A DNA stretch of 63,913 nt, the filler included, from Octopus bimaculoides (lineage: Eukaryota), in assembly GCF_001194135.2 (NCBI RefSeq). It is 5 parts of 5 records of this genome, joined end to end, with 100 filler letters (N's around TTAATTAATTAA, not from the genome) between each part and the next. Parts side by side here need not be neighbours in the genome. Positions count along the whole stretch, not along the records: positions 1 to 14,348 come from NC_068988.1; positions 14,449 to 29,952 come from NC_068981.1; 3 more parts are not named here. One strand, given 5' to 3'. Both the position numbers and the translations under genes were made by a program. Under the pieces are notes generated by a model. That model searched no databases. It had not been told where the DNA came from and was given only the letters and a program-made list of their open reading frames with translations. Below are positions 11,447-23,743 of this stretch, one piece after another; positions within the stretch are counted from its first letter, which is position 1, and every line of letters begins with the position of its first letter.

Positions 11447-12485
11447 NNNNNNNNNNNNNNNNNNNNNNNNNNNNNNNNNNNNNNNNNNNNNNNNNNNNNN
11501 NNNNNNNNNNNNNNNNNNNNNNNNNNNNNNNNNNNNNNNNNNNNNNNNNNNNNNNNNNNNNNNNNNNNNNNNNNNNNNNNNNNNNNNNNNNNNNNNNNNN
11601 NNNNNNNNNNNNNNNNNNNNNNNNNNNNNNNNNNNNNNNNNNNNNNNNNNNNNNNNNNNNNNNNNNNNNNNNNNNNNNNNNNNNNNNNNNNNNNNNNNNN
11701 NNNNNNNNNNNNNNNNNNNNNNNNNNNNNNNNNNNNNNNNNNNNNNNNNNNNNNNNNNNNNNNNNNNNNNNNNNNNNNNNNNNNNNNNNNNNNNNNNNNN
11801 NNNNNNNNNNNNNNNNNNNNNNNNNNNNNNNNNNNNNNNNNNNNNNNNNNNNNNNNNNNNNNNNNNNNNNNNNNNNNNNNNNNNNNNNNNNNNNNNNNNN
11901 NNNNNNNNNNNNNNNNNNNNNNNNNNNNNNNNNNNNNNNNNNNNNNNNNNNNNNNNNNNNNNNNNNNNNNNNNNNNNNNNNNNNNNNNNNNNNNNNNNNN
12001 NNNNNNNNNNNNNNNNNNNNNNNNNNNNNNNNNNNNNNNNNNNNNNNNNNNNNNNNNNNNNNNNNNNNNNNNNNNNNNNNNNNNNNNNNNNNNNNNNNNN
12101 NNNNNNNNNNNNNNNNNNNNNNNNNNNNNNNNNNNNNNNNNNNNNNNNNNNNNNNNNNNNNNNNNNNNNNNNNNNNNNNNNNNNNNNNNNNNNNNNNNNN
12201 NNNNNNNNNNNNNNNNNNNNNNNNNNNNTTTCATAGCTTTGAAACCACAACCTGTTCACTGATAAAACTTTGTGCTAGAAGTTTTGTCAGCGAACAGGTC
12301 GTGGTTTCAAAGTGCCGAAAATATTTTGACACAAATTAAATTTAAATGTTGAAATGAAACTAACGGTTTTTGTGTGTTCTTAAATAGCTTACAAACATCT
12401 TCCATGCTGCAATTGATTTTGTTTCAGAACACGGTCTCAGATCAAGTCACTTGTTATGCAAGTACATCTCTGTAATATATATATA

Positions 12486-12893
12486 TAGGAAAAATCAAAA
12501 CTAAGGCAGAATGAATATCTCAAGTTATTTAGAATAATTTAATTAGGGTAAGGTGAATTTGAAGTCTTGCAACCGTTTCTGGGATAACACAAGTAGTAGG
12601 TTAGCATGTCCATGCACTGGGTATTCCTTCATCAGAAACAAGGTATAAATATTTTAGAAAGGGAAAAATTTAGTTTACAAGAAATAAAATCCACATTTTA
12701 TAAGGAATAAAATAGAAGAATAATGAGTAAAAGTAGTTAGAAGAATATAGGCAGGAGAATAATGTCCACAACTCATCTTTTTCTAGAAATGGCTGCAAGA
12801 CTTCAAATTCACTTAACCCTAATTAAACCCTAATTAAATTATTCTAAATGACTTGAGATACTCATTCTTTCTTGGTTTTGATTTTTTACGTCT
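12486..12893. mobile_element. Inverted-repeat element (~100-bp arms), probably an inverted Penelope pseudo-LTR pair or a MITE derived from one
   Basis: Arm 12486-12582 is the near reverse complement of 12783-12893 (aaaaatcaaaac.aag..agaatga.tatctcaagt.atttagaataatttaattagggt..gtgaatttgaagtcttgca.cc.tttct.g). Confidence 0.75.
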
Positions 12894-13180
12894 ATAATAT
12901 ACACCCTAAGATGGATCCCTAGATCCAGCCTTAGCTGTGATCTTGGAACCTAACTTTTGACCAACTATAGCACTTACCTAGTGTACCTATTCATTTAGAT
13001 CACAAGTGAACTAAACCCCTCCTATTCTATATATATATATATATGTACCAACCTACCCCCCACACACACAGATATGCACCTGACTGGAACCTGGTGCAGC
13101 TCTTTTGCTTGCCAGTTCTGGTCAAACTGTTCAACCCATGTCAGTATGGAAAACAGACAATAAATGACAATGATCATTAT

Positions 13181-13214
<34 letters not shown>

Positions 13215-13609
13215 AAAATGAGTACCAGCTGACTGGTGGTGCAGCTCTCTCTCCCTGTAGCCATTATGTTTGCTCATAACTACATGGGTATCGTTCTTCA
13301 TTTATAAGTGATAGTTATGGCTGCAATACCACCACTGCTACCAAAATCATCTTTATTTTAACGTCAATTTTTCTATGCTTGCATGAATCAGAAGAAATTC
13401 AGTAAAGCAAATTTTTTATAGCTGGATGCACTTCCTGTTGCCAACCTTCACTCGTTTCCAAGAAAGGTAATACTTCTCCATGGCTGGATATATTTTCAAG
13501 GAAGATGGTAAATGAATAATACTACTTTTATGATGATAATAAGTATTATGTGATGCTAAGTTAAAGAGATACAAATACACACACACACACACACACACAC
13601 ATAAATAGC

Positions 13610-14000
13610 AAGAGAGCGAGAGCAAGATTCTTTCATTTTCTACCACAAAATCTACTCACAAGCCTATGGTGGCTTAAGGATATAGTGGAAGACACTTGCC
13701 CAAGGTGCTACGCAACAAGACAGAATTCAAAACCATGTAGTTGGGAAGCAAATTTTTCAATCACAGAAATGTCTGTGTCTTTTATTCTTTTATTTATTTC
13801 AGTCATTTGACTGTGGCCATGCTGGAGCGTTGCCTTTTAGTCAAACAAATCAACCTCAGAGCCTATTCTTTGTAAGCTTGATACTTACTCTATTGGTCTC
13901 TTTTGCCAAACCACTAAGTTATGGGGACATAAACACACCAACATCGGTCATCAAGCATTGTTGGGGACAAGCACAGACACAAAGACACACACACACATAA
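13610..14000 (-). mobile_element. Two partial family-A SINE pieces
   Basis: Head piece 13610-13770 and tail piece 13790-14000, both reverse complements of the 47885 copy. Confidence 0.6.
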
Positions 14001-14168
14001 ATATATACACATTCTTTATTTTCTCTCCCTGTTTCTTTCTGTGTTCCTTTCTGTGGAAGAGCATAGGCTTGAAACGTTAAACACTTTTTCACTTCCCAAG
14101 CGTTATACTAATACATCTGTTTGTTTTCTACACCACCTGTCTTCATCTTTTGTTTTTTGTGAATTCTC

Positions 14169-14348
14169 CCAGGAATCACTGCAGAGATGCTCAAAATATC
14201 TGGCAGTGTTGGCTATAGCCTAGTCACCCGTATTACGAACCAGGTGATACACGAAGGAGTCATACCCTATGACTGGTGTAGCAGCATCATAGTCAACTGC
14301 TACAAAGGTAAAGGGGACGCTTTAGATACAAATAATTACAGAGGCATC
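14169..14348 (+). mobile_element. RTE LINE RT fragment, truncated by assembly gap
   Basis: PGITAEMLKISGSVGYSLVTRITNQVIHEGVIPYDWCSSIIVNCYKGKGDALDTNNYRGI; nearly identical to the 1-303 copy. Confidence 0.9.
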
Positions 14349-14392
14349 NNNNNNNNNNNNNNNNNNNNNNNNNNNNNNNNNNNNNNNNNNNN

Positions 14393-14404
14393 TTAATTAA
14401 TTAA
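14393..14404. other. Assembly spacer TTAATTAATTAA inside a 100-nt placeholder gap (also 29997-30008, 41052-41063, 57700-57711)
   Basis: Palindromic six-frame stop linker centred in N runs (44 N + 12 + 44 N, counted at this site); technical, not biological. Confidence 0.93.
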
Positions 14405-14448
14405 NNNNNNNNNNNNNNNNNNNNNNNNNNNNNNNNNNNNNNNNNNNN

Positions 14449-14488
<40 letters not shown>

Positions 14489-15734
14489 TTTTTACATATA
14501 GTTCATCTAATTATCTTACTACCATTTTGTTATTTCTATATTTATTAGCTGACTCCGTGCCGTTTATAATTGATGGCTAATTGTTATTTAAACAAGGTAC
14601 AAGGTACAGAACAATCACAGATACAAACATTCATATATTTCCCAATCACACACATACATACACATACTCAAACAATATTGGAATAATATCAGTTTTTATC
14701 TTCAGAGTTGTACTTTCCACTACGCACGCAGGGAAACGTTTCCATTAAACACGCACACACTCACACATTCACACACACACACAAACACACGCAGGCACGC
14801 ACACACATACACACACATAAACATTCACATACCTCCCTTTTTCATATACACACGTATACACATATACTCACACATAGTTTAATGCCTGCCTCTTACTTTA
14901 TTCGCCCCTTCATTTCTCATTCAGATGTTGAGAACACAAGAAACACTTTGCGTTCTTCTTTCTCAAACGGTCATTAATTTCTCTCACTCTTTCAGTCACG
15001 GCTATTACTCTCTGCCTATCCATCACTGTTTACTATTTTCTCTCCTCTCTCTTCACTGATACTACTCTTTCTCTTTAGACGTTCTACTGTTTTACTTGTA
15101 GAAGGCTATTTTGTAAACAAAAGATTTACTTTAGATAAGGATATTTACTACTTTTTAATGGATAATATATCGGCTTGTAGTTACTAATTTTTAAACTTTT
15201 GATTAAATAACCCTATTATTTTTGAAGTTAATTTTTGTTTCATTAAATTTATCTCTTTTCCAGATATTTACATATCGTGAATAGTAATGTTAATAAAACG
15301 CTTGAGTGGTTTATATATATATATATNNNNNNNNNNNNNNNNNNNNNNNNNNNNNNNNNNNNNNNNNNNNNNNNNNNNNNNNNNNNNNNNNNNNNNNNNN
15401 NNNNNNNNNNNNNNNNNNNNNNNNNNNNNNNNNNNNNNNNNNNNNNNNNNNNNNNNNNNNNNNNNNNNNNNNNNNNNNNNNNNNNNNNNNNNNNNNNNNN
15501 NNNNNNNNNNNNNNNNNNNNNNNNNNNNNNNNNNNNNNNNNNNNNNNNNNNNNNNNNNNNNNNNNNNNNNNNNNNNNNNNNNNNNNNNNNNNNNNNNNNN
15601 NNNNNNNNNNNNNNNNNNNNNNNNNNNNNNNNNNNNNNNNNNNNNNNNNNNNNNNNNNNNNNNNNNNNNNNNNNNNNNNNNNNNNNNNNNNNNNNNNNNN
15701 NNNNNNNNNNNNNNNNNNNNNNNNNNNNNNNNNN

Positions 15735-15823
<89 letters not shown>

Positions 15824-17749
15824 CATTTATAGGATCGTTTGTAGAAATACATAATTCCGGAGGACAAGCACACTCTAAGATGTAGAGCAGTAAATATCAT
15901 AGTAGGGTAGGCCGGTGTATGGGGTTCCCTGGTTTTCTCGCTCATAAGGTATTTAGCCTTACAGCCTGAGACCTCTTTAAGATATGGACGAGGAAAAGCC
16001 TCGTTTTTAAGGGTAAAATCCTAGGTGATTACCTCCCTTTGCCGTTGTCCATTGATATTCGGCTGCGCTGCCATCTTGTGGTCACCAAAGCACCACGAAG
16101 TTAAACGATTGCCTCCCCTCGGCCTTGGCTATTGGTATCCGGCTGTGGTGTCGCCATGCTGATTCCAAAATGTGAGCAGTAATTTTCTAAAATGCAGGCA
16201 TGTCCCGAAAATCTCTGTCCTGGAACTCAGAACACCCACTGGCGCGAGCGAGTTTTTAAGGAATCTCGTGCGCTTGGCAATTCACAACTTGTACCATTCC
16301 GTTTCGTCTATGTAGGGACCTCGGTTCTCGAGTATTTTCCATGCGATCGTGTATGGCATCCCCTCGTCTCGTAATTGCCACATATGGCTGGCCAGCAATG
16401 TCACGTATCTCCTTTCAGGGACGCTGAACGAGGACTGATGATTGGAAACACACTGGTGCGCTCAGTTTTATCTTTCGTTTTTCAAGGTCGAAAAAGTTAA
16501 TACCAGGCAAATAGCGAGGACATTTTAATCGGATTTTCCTTCCTCTAAAATGCACGATCTTGTATATTATACGTAGTGCAGACTTATTCATTTGATCAAA
16601 AATTAATAGTAATAAAACCATAGTGTTTCTACTTTGGAAAATATTTTTGTGCATATATGTACTTTTTACTTTAGAGTTTGCAGTTTGCGTTTGCTGCAGT
16701 CTAGAGCTTTTATACGTTATAGTTTATAGATTTTATAACTCACCATTTATAGCTTCTAGTTTAATAAAGTGGCATCATTTGAAGCTAAACCGTAGTAAAA
16801 TTAATACATATAACGAAACTAGTTGATAGTTTTATAGCTTATAATTTATATAACTTATTTATATCGTATACAGATTATCAATTCATAGTTATTTTATGGC
16901 TTTCAGATTTTCAGCGTATAATATTAAGTTTTGACTAAATGCAAAAGAAAAAATTTCTAAATGATAGACCGCTTTTGTTAGATATATATTTTTATATTTT
17001 GGTTAAAGAAGACTTTCGTATGAGACTGAAAAGTATGCAAAAAAAAAAAAAAAGGGAAAAAGGGAAAATAACGCTCCAGAAAATGAAACAAAAAAATTGA
17101 AATCACTGATAAATTTGAATGTTTATAAAAGTTTTTTTTTTCTCCACATATTTTTGCATTGTTTTCGATTAACGTGAATGATAAATGCTTCGGAACGATG
17201 GTGTTTATGGAGATGGAAATAAATAAGTATTCGTTAAAATGCGAGTAGCTCTCAAAAATTAAATTTTTTTAGAAATAGAATGTTTTAACATTTTCATACT
17301 TGTTATATATTAGGCATATTTTATACAGAAGTAATTTCATCTAGATATGAATATCTCTTCAAATAATAAATATATGAAGCAGCATATAAGTTGTACACGC
17401 ACATACACATATACACACATGCCACAGGCACACACACATACGCAGAGACACTCGCACACACATGCCCACATATATGTATGTATGTATATAAATGTGTCCA
17501 TGTCTATGTGTTGGTTTAGAAACTAAAAAGGGCTAGATTAACGTTAAAAAAACGGATAACGACATGATCAACCGTTGTATTTCTCACATGTCTGCCGAAC
17601 TTACAATATTTAATACTTTCAAAACGATAAAGAAAAACATGGATTCGATTTTTTTCAATCAATTTCTTGTTGTGCCGTGATCACAAATAATTCACATCGT
17701 CTCTCTTTCTCTCACGCCCTCCTCCGTTTCATTTTCTTCTGTTAAACAT

Positions 17750-17901
17750 AGGCGCAGTCGTGCCGGTGTGGTAATAAGCCTGCTTACCAACCACATGGTT
17801 CAGTGTCCAGTCACACTGCATGGCACATTGGGCAAGTGCCTTCTACTATTCTCTAAGGCCAACCAAGCCATGTAAGTGGATCTGGTACACGGAAACTGAA
17901 A

Positions 17902-17967
<66 letters not shown>

Positions 17968-18160
17968 CTTTGTGTGTGTTTGTACCTCACCATTGTTTGA
18001 CAACCGGTGTTGGTTTGTTGACGTCCGCATAACGAAAGAGACCGATAGAAAAAGGACAAGACGTACACAATAAAGTACTGGGGTGGATTTGTTCACCTAA
18101 AGATTCGTCAACGTGATGCCCAAGCATGTGTGCAGTTTAATGCCTGAAACAAGTAAAAGA
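17750..18160 (+). mobile_element. Family-A SINE with expanded internal (TA)n(TG)n
   Basis: taggcgcag...gtgtggtaa...ggcacattgggcaagtg...gacggaaactgaaag-(TA)n(TG)n-...gactgaaacaagtaaaaga-like tail. Confidence 0.8.
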
Positions 18161-18242
18161 TAAAAATACACATTCACACACAAACACACACACTGACACA
18201 TATATATATACCCACACATACAGATGCACAAAGATATCTATC

Positions 18243-18273
<31 letters not shown>

Positions 18274-18277
18274 CAGA

Positions 18278-18323
<46 letters not shown>

Positions 18324-18782
18324 GAGAGAGAAATTGTATAGTCGATCCGCTTAAGATCATTAGCAAGTCGGAAAAACGCATTTCCTTAATACTTCTGGCT
18401 CACTTCAGCTTGAACTGAAAATCTGCTGAGGTCAGTTTATCTTTTCGCCCATACTTGATCTACAAAATAGTAAAAACAAGCTCATTTTTCTTAGATTCCC
18501 TCTACATTTCTCTTTATTCTCTCTCTTTCTCTGTTTTGCTTTTTTACAGAATCGACTACTTTACGATGTGAATATAGTTCGGAGGACCATTCCCATTTTC
18601 TCCTCTACGATAACTTGGGAGGAGATATATCCAAGGCTACAAACCCCTTCTAATATAGAATGCTTCAAAGTCATGCAGACAAACTACACAACCTGGCGGA
18701 TGCGATGAAATCCGTGCTTTTCACAACATGGAACAATTATACATACACACGAACATACATCCATACATACATACATCTCTCG

Positions 18783-18965
18783 ATTTTATTTTCTTCGTTT
18801 AATATTGAGAGTGGACAGGAACCTGTTATCAAAGGTTATCTTTCTACGATACCTAACACCCAGGTACCAATCTCAAAATTCTCGCTATCCCCAATAGGCC
18901 AGATTTTTCAGTATGTTCTACCCTTATGTCAATTTCAATTTCTTCGACATATTTCTCAAAATTGG
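18783..18965 (-). mobile_element. R4/Dong-like non-LTR retrotransposon 3' terminus
   Basis: TNFEKYVEEIEIDIRVEHTEKSGLLGIARILRLVPGC* resembles the R4/Dong C-terminus (QKxxLLGTARILRxVL), followed by a short 3'UTR; 5' junction abuts an (AAT)n tract. Confidence 0.7.
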
Positions 18966-18969
18966 TTGT

Positions 18970-18985
18970 TATATTATTATTATTA

Positions 18986-19017
<32 letters not shown>

Positions 19018-19133
19018 GTTATTATTATTATTATTATTATTATTGTTGTTGTTGTTGTTGTTGTTGTTATTCTTATTATTATTCTTCTTATTCTTCTTCT
19101 TCTTATTATTATTATTATTATTATTATTATCGT
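18970..19133. repeat. Compound (ATT)/(GTT)/(CTT) microsatellite
   Basis: Direct reading. Confidence 0.95.
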
Positions 19134-20274
19134 TACGAATATACTTTCCGTACACTACTCAAACACATTTTATTCCTATTTATGTGGGCATACGAGACAT
19201 CAGAATGAAAATTACTTTCAAATCAGAATCGGAGAAACTTCTTTGAAAAATATCTGATGGATTGACAAAACATTTTGCAAAACTTGATACGATGTCCAGC
19301 ACTTTATGGAAAGCTGTAACCACAATGGAATCCCAAATAGAACTCTTCAAAAATTTCACGCAAACAGTAACCAGAATCATCCCGACATCTAGGAGTAATG
19401 AACAGCATACGTAGAAAAAGTGCTGTAAAATATTTGGAAAAGATCCCTAAACGATCGAAAACAAAATTACTGGAAAAGCATTCGACGCAGCAAATTGCGA
19501 ACATGTATCAGAACCGCCGAGAAAATCTGATATTACCAGAAAATTTTCTCATGAGATATATAGATTAAAGCTAACAAGAAAAAGACATACGCACAAATCT
19601 AGCTTTATGCCGTATCCTCTTCAGCCAGAAATGTATAGTATAAAGAAAAATTTAAATCGAAAACACCGACAAGAAATAATGATTAAATCCAGGAAAAACT
19701 CCGACATGCATGGGAAGAGAACACGAAAATCGAAGGTAAATCTGAAACATTGTGGGAAAAACAACAACGATGGTTTGATAATTACCAAAGAAACTCTGCA
19801 GAAAGCTCCATAATGAAAACCAAACAAAACGAAACATAGAGACAATATGAAAAATCAAAATAAAATCTAAAAATAATATGGCAACATATTACATAGGAAC
19901 TATTCAACGAAACTAATTTATCAAACACCAGAAAACATGTGCGAAAAGAATAGCTGAAGCTCAAACTGCAAATGCATACACTACACTCTCAAAACTTAGT
20001 GCACAAGAAATAAACGCGCAAAATATGCAAAAAAAAAAAAAAAAGCNNNNNNNNNNATTAACCTGCATAGAAGAGAACGAGAGAGAGTCGGAGAATTAAT
20101 GAAAATACAGTCCGAGGAGAGAACATGGATGAAACCTACAAACTCAACAAAAACATCATAGCTACGGAACTCTGTTTTCAGCGAAGGCTTACATCAACTG
20201 GACACCAGATCCAGCGAATCAAAGAAACAAAAGAAACACATGAGAAATATTGACCTAAAAATAATAAATTACTC

Positions 20275-20727
20275 AAAAAGTAATTTAAACGAGAATGAAG
20301 TTTAAAGAGATTCAATTTTACTCCTAAACCAATCTCAAAAATAGTCAAACTGAAAGCAGATTTCCAAAACATTCATAGATGCCTCCACCTAAGAGAATTC
20401 TTCATACAACAGCAAAAATGAGAATGAGTCAATTGTTAGGAATCAATCGAACTTCAACCCACTTAACATTTGGATACTTATATTGATGTGATGTAAAAAT
20501 TCATAGTTCGCATCCATATATGCCAGCAGAATCTTCGGAAACGAGTGAAAAAAGTTCAACAAATGGTGAAAAATGATGGTTTAATCATTATAAAAGAGGC
20601 CGATAAGGACAGGTCACACATCATTATGGACAAAAACTGTTATGACGAAGAAATAATTATCTACAACAAAGACACAAGAGATCCGGATCAAACAATTGTG
20701 AACATAACCAGCTCATTAACAAATTAA
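20275..20727 (+). mobile_element. Penelope-like element, degenerate N-terminal ORF fragment
   Basis: LKRFNFTPKP...LKADFQNIHRCLHLREFF...NESIVRNQSNFNP...KNDGLIIIKEADKDRSHIIMDKNCYDEE matches the PLE pre-RT motifs GLNFxPTP, RLREFF and IIIKxADKG..VIMD..Y; frameshifted. Confidence 0.75.
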
Positions 20728-20904
20728 TACTAAGGCTTTTTCATAAAAAAAAAAAGAAACTATCTTTGTAATTTCAAAAGTCAGGAATGCAATCTCTAAG
20801 AACTGCTTAAGTTTGCCTGTCACTTTTGAATTTACTACTTAAACCACTATACCCAGAGATCCTATGTAACTTGTGGGAAGGTATTGTCATCTTTAAGTAC
20901 TTAC

Positions 20905-21666
20905 CGCCATCGGAAAAGTCAGAAAATTGGGTCAATGGGTTCCTTGCAAAATTTCCGAGTCTTTCCGCACGCAGAGACTGAACGTGTACTCTTCTTTGCT
21001 GTCACGTCTCATGAATGAACCCTTTGTTGGGACAGAATAGTGACTGATGATGAGAAATGGGTTCTCTATAAAGGTGTCAATCGCCGAAGAGAGTGGGTAG
21101 GGAAATGGGAAACCCCGACATCCCAGGCTAAAGAATGTCTTCACCCACGTAAGGTGTTGTTTATCTGCTTGGAGAGCTACGAAAGGTTTAGTCCACTTTG
21201 AACTTTTAAACTCAAACCGAACAATAAGAAAGATCTATTGCGAGCAGCTTGAGCGGCTTAAGTCAGCGCTTATAGAAAATCTTTGATTTCAGGTTAATGT
21301 TCGGCCACCTACAGCGAGAATGACATTCCAAAGGCTGGAGCAATTTGAATGGGAAACGATGCCCCAACCACCATATTCGCCGGGTATTACCCCATCTGAT
21401 TATCCTTTATTCCGCTGTTTTCAAAATCATATGGACGGATTTGATATGAATTTTGTAGACGAAGTCAGAAGAGTACTGGAGGAGTATTTTTCATCACGGA
21501 CAAGTGCATTTTTGTAGAGGAAGCTTGTAGGTCTACCAGATAGAAGGAAGATCATTGTAGAAAATGAAGAAGAGTATATTTTAGATTAAAAAAGAATTTT
21601 GTTTGTCTTAATTTTGAAGAATAATAGAAGTATAGAAAACCGCATTATTTATGTGAGGACCCAATA
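20905..21666 (+). mobile_element. mariner (DD34D) transposon relic with 3' TIR
   Basis: KLGQWVP (WVPHEL-like), VTDDEKWVLY, LHPRKVL, PQPPYSPGITPSDYPLFR (YSPDLAPSD-like); stops, frameshifts and a deletion around HDNARPH; ends cgcattatttatgtgaggacccaata|ta. Confidence 0.92.
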
Positions 21667-21726
21667 TATATACACATACAAATATATAGATATATTTTCT
21701 ATGGATGGAGATATTTACCATAGTGT

Positions 21727-21761
<35 letters not shown>

Positions 21762-22960
21762 TATTTATGTCTGTCAGTTTGTGTTTTATAATGTTTATTT
21801 GAGGTTTGATGAAGAGTAAATATTTTGTGGTCTATCGTATGTTCTGTTCAAATTCTTGTTTGTCATATGTTTCCCAACGTCTAAGTGCATTTTTTATTCG
21901 TCTCGACTTATAATTTAATGCTGATTGACTGTTCTTCATTTCAGCTCTTCTGTCACTTATTCATAACTCGTGTAAACTACTAGTTCATTCTGGTTCTGTC
22001 TTTTCGATCTCTGTGCACACGTTTGCGCGTAGATCTATCCGTTTTCGCAAGACTCTCTGTTTTCAGAATAGTTGCTTTATTTCCTACGACATTATATTCT
22101 CCCCCTCTCTCTCCTCTTTCTTCTCTCATTCCGCTCCGTCCATTCACTATTCTTCTTTTTCACTCAGTAACCAGCTCATCTGTCTCTACATCTCTCTCTG
22201 TATTTTGTCCCTATTCTTCCTCTTCTTTATTAGTCCTTTCTCCTGTTTGACTTTTAACCGCCACCCCTCTTTTTCTTGAGAATTCTCTTTATATAACTTT
22301 GACACACTTGTTGGCGAAAGTTTGCCCATTTAAGCCGAAAATCTATCCATATTCCACTTATCATATTTTTCTACATCTTGTTCTGTCAGAGTTGTACATA
22401 ATAGTCTCTTGCCTAATGTGTTGGATACGACTAAACGACTTGTAGCCCCGTCAGTAGGTGTACGAGAGCAGCTATAATCTCCTGCTGATGCTTGGTAAAG
22501 TGCCAACATTTTCCTTACATCGTATGTTAATCATACAGTAAATTTACCATTTACTGTCATGTTCTGTATTGTCAAGTTATAAATGCTTTCTCTTACTCAT
22601 TGTGTAAACGTTTGTCAAAAGTATTTCCTCGTTATCATTCCTTCCGCAATAATTTAAGAATCGTTTACTTTGCTAGTTCGTGAGTTCGTGTCAAGATCAA
22701 TTTCTCGTTCATTGTGCACACATTTTTGCACCTATGTGTGTATTTGTGCATATATGGTTCGAAATTATACAAAAAAAAGTAAAAAACAGACAGGTGAAGG
22801 AATAACAAATATGGTGTATTAGTATCACACTCATAAAAAGTGGAAGAAGCCTTCGATGTTTCGAGCCTACTTCTTCGACCGAAAGGAATTAGGAAAGGAA
22901 ACAAATAATCAGGGAAAAAATGTAGAGGTGAACGTGTCTGGATTGCACAAGTTCAATAGG

Positions 22961-22996
<36 letters not shown>

Positions 22997-23708
22997 NNNN
23001 NNNNNNNNNNNNNNNNNNNNNNNNNNNNNNNNNNNNNNNNNNNNNNNNNNNNNNNNNNNNNNNNNNNNNNNNNNNNNNNNNNNNNNNNNNNNNNNNNNNN
23101 NNNNNNNNNNNNNNNNNNNNNNNNNNNNNNNNNNNNNNNNNNNNNNNNNNNNNNNNNNNNNNNNNNNNNNNNNNNNNNNNNNNNNNNNNNNNNNNNNNNN
23201 NNNNNNNNNNNNNNNNNNNNNNNNNNNNNNNNNNNNNNNNNNNNNNNNNNNNNNNNNNNNNNNNNNNNNNNNNNNNNNNNNNNNNNNNNNNNNNNNNNNN
23301 NNNNNNNNNNNNNNNNNNNNNNNNNNNNNNNNNNNNNNNNNNNNNNNNNNNNNNNNNNNNNNNNNNNNNNNNNNNNNNNNNNNNNNNNNNNNNNNNNNNN
23401 NNNNNNNNNNNNNNNNNNNNNNNNNNNNNNNNNNNNNNNNNNNNNNNNNNNNNNNNNNNNNNNNNNNNNNNNNNNNNNNNNNNNNNNNNNNNNNNNNNNN
23501 NNNNNNNNNNNNNNNNNNNNNNNNNNNNNNNNNNNNNNNNNNNNNNNNNNNNNNNNNNNNNNNNNNNNNNNNNNNNNNNNNNNNNNNNNNNNNNNNNNNN
23601 NNNNNNNNNNNNNNNNNNNNNNNNNNNNNNNNNNNNNNNNNNNNNNNNNNNNNNNNNNNNNNNNNNNNNNNNNNNNNNNNNNNNNNNNNNNNNNNNNNNN
23701 TGTATCTC

Positions 23709-23743
<35 letters not shown>

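Noticed and set aside
11326-12262. Long ORFs (up to 455 aa) spanning N runs here and at 15.3, 23, 28.6, 39.2, 42.8, 49.4, 53.6, 54.6 and 58.3 kb
   Set aside because: They consist of X residues and microsatellite translations; artefacts of assembly gaps.
14393-14404. Recurrent TTAATTAATTAA palindrome as a biological motif
   Set aside because: Always centred in 100-nt N placeholders; an assembly linker.
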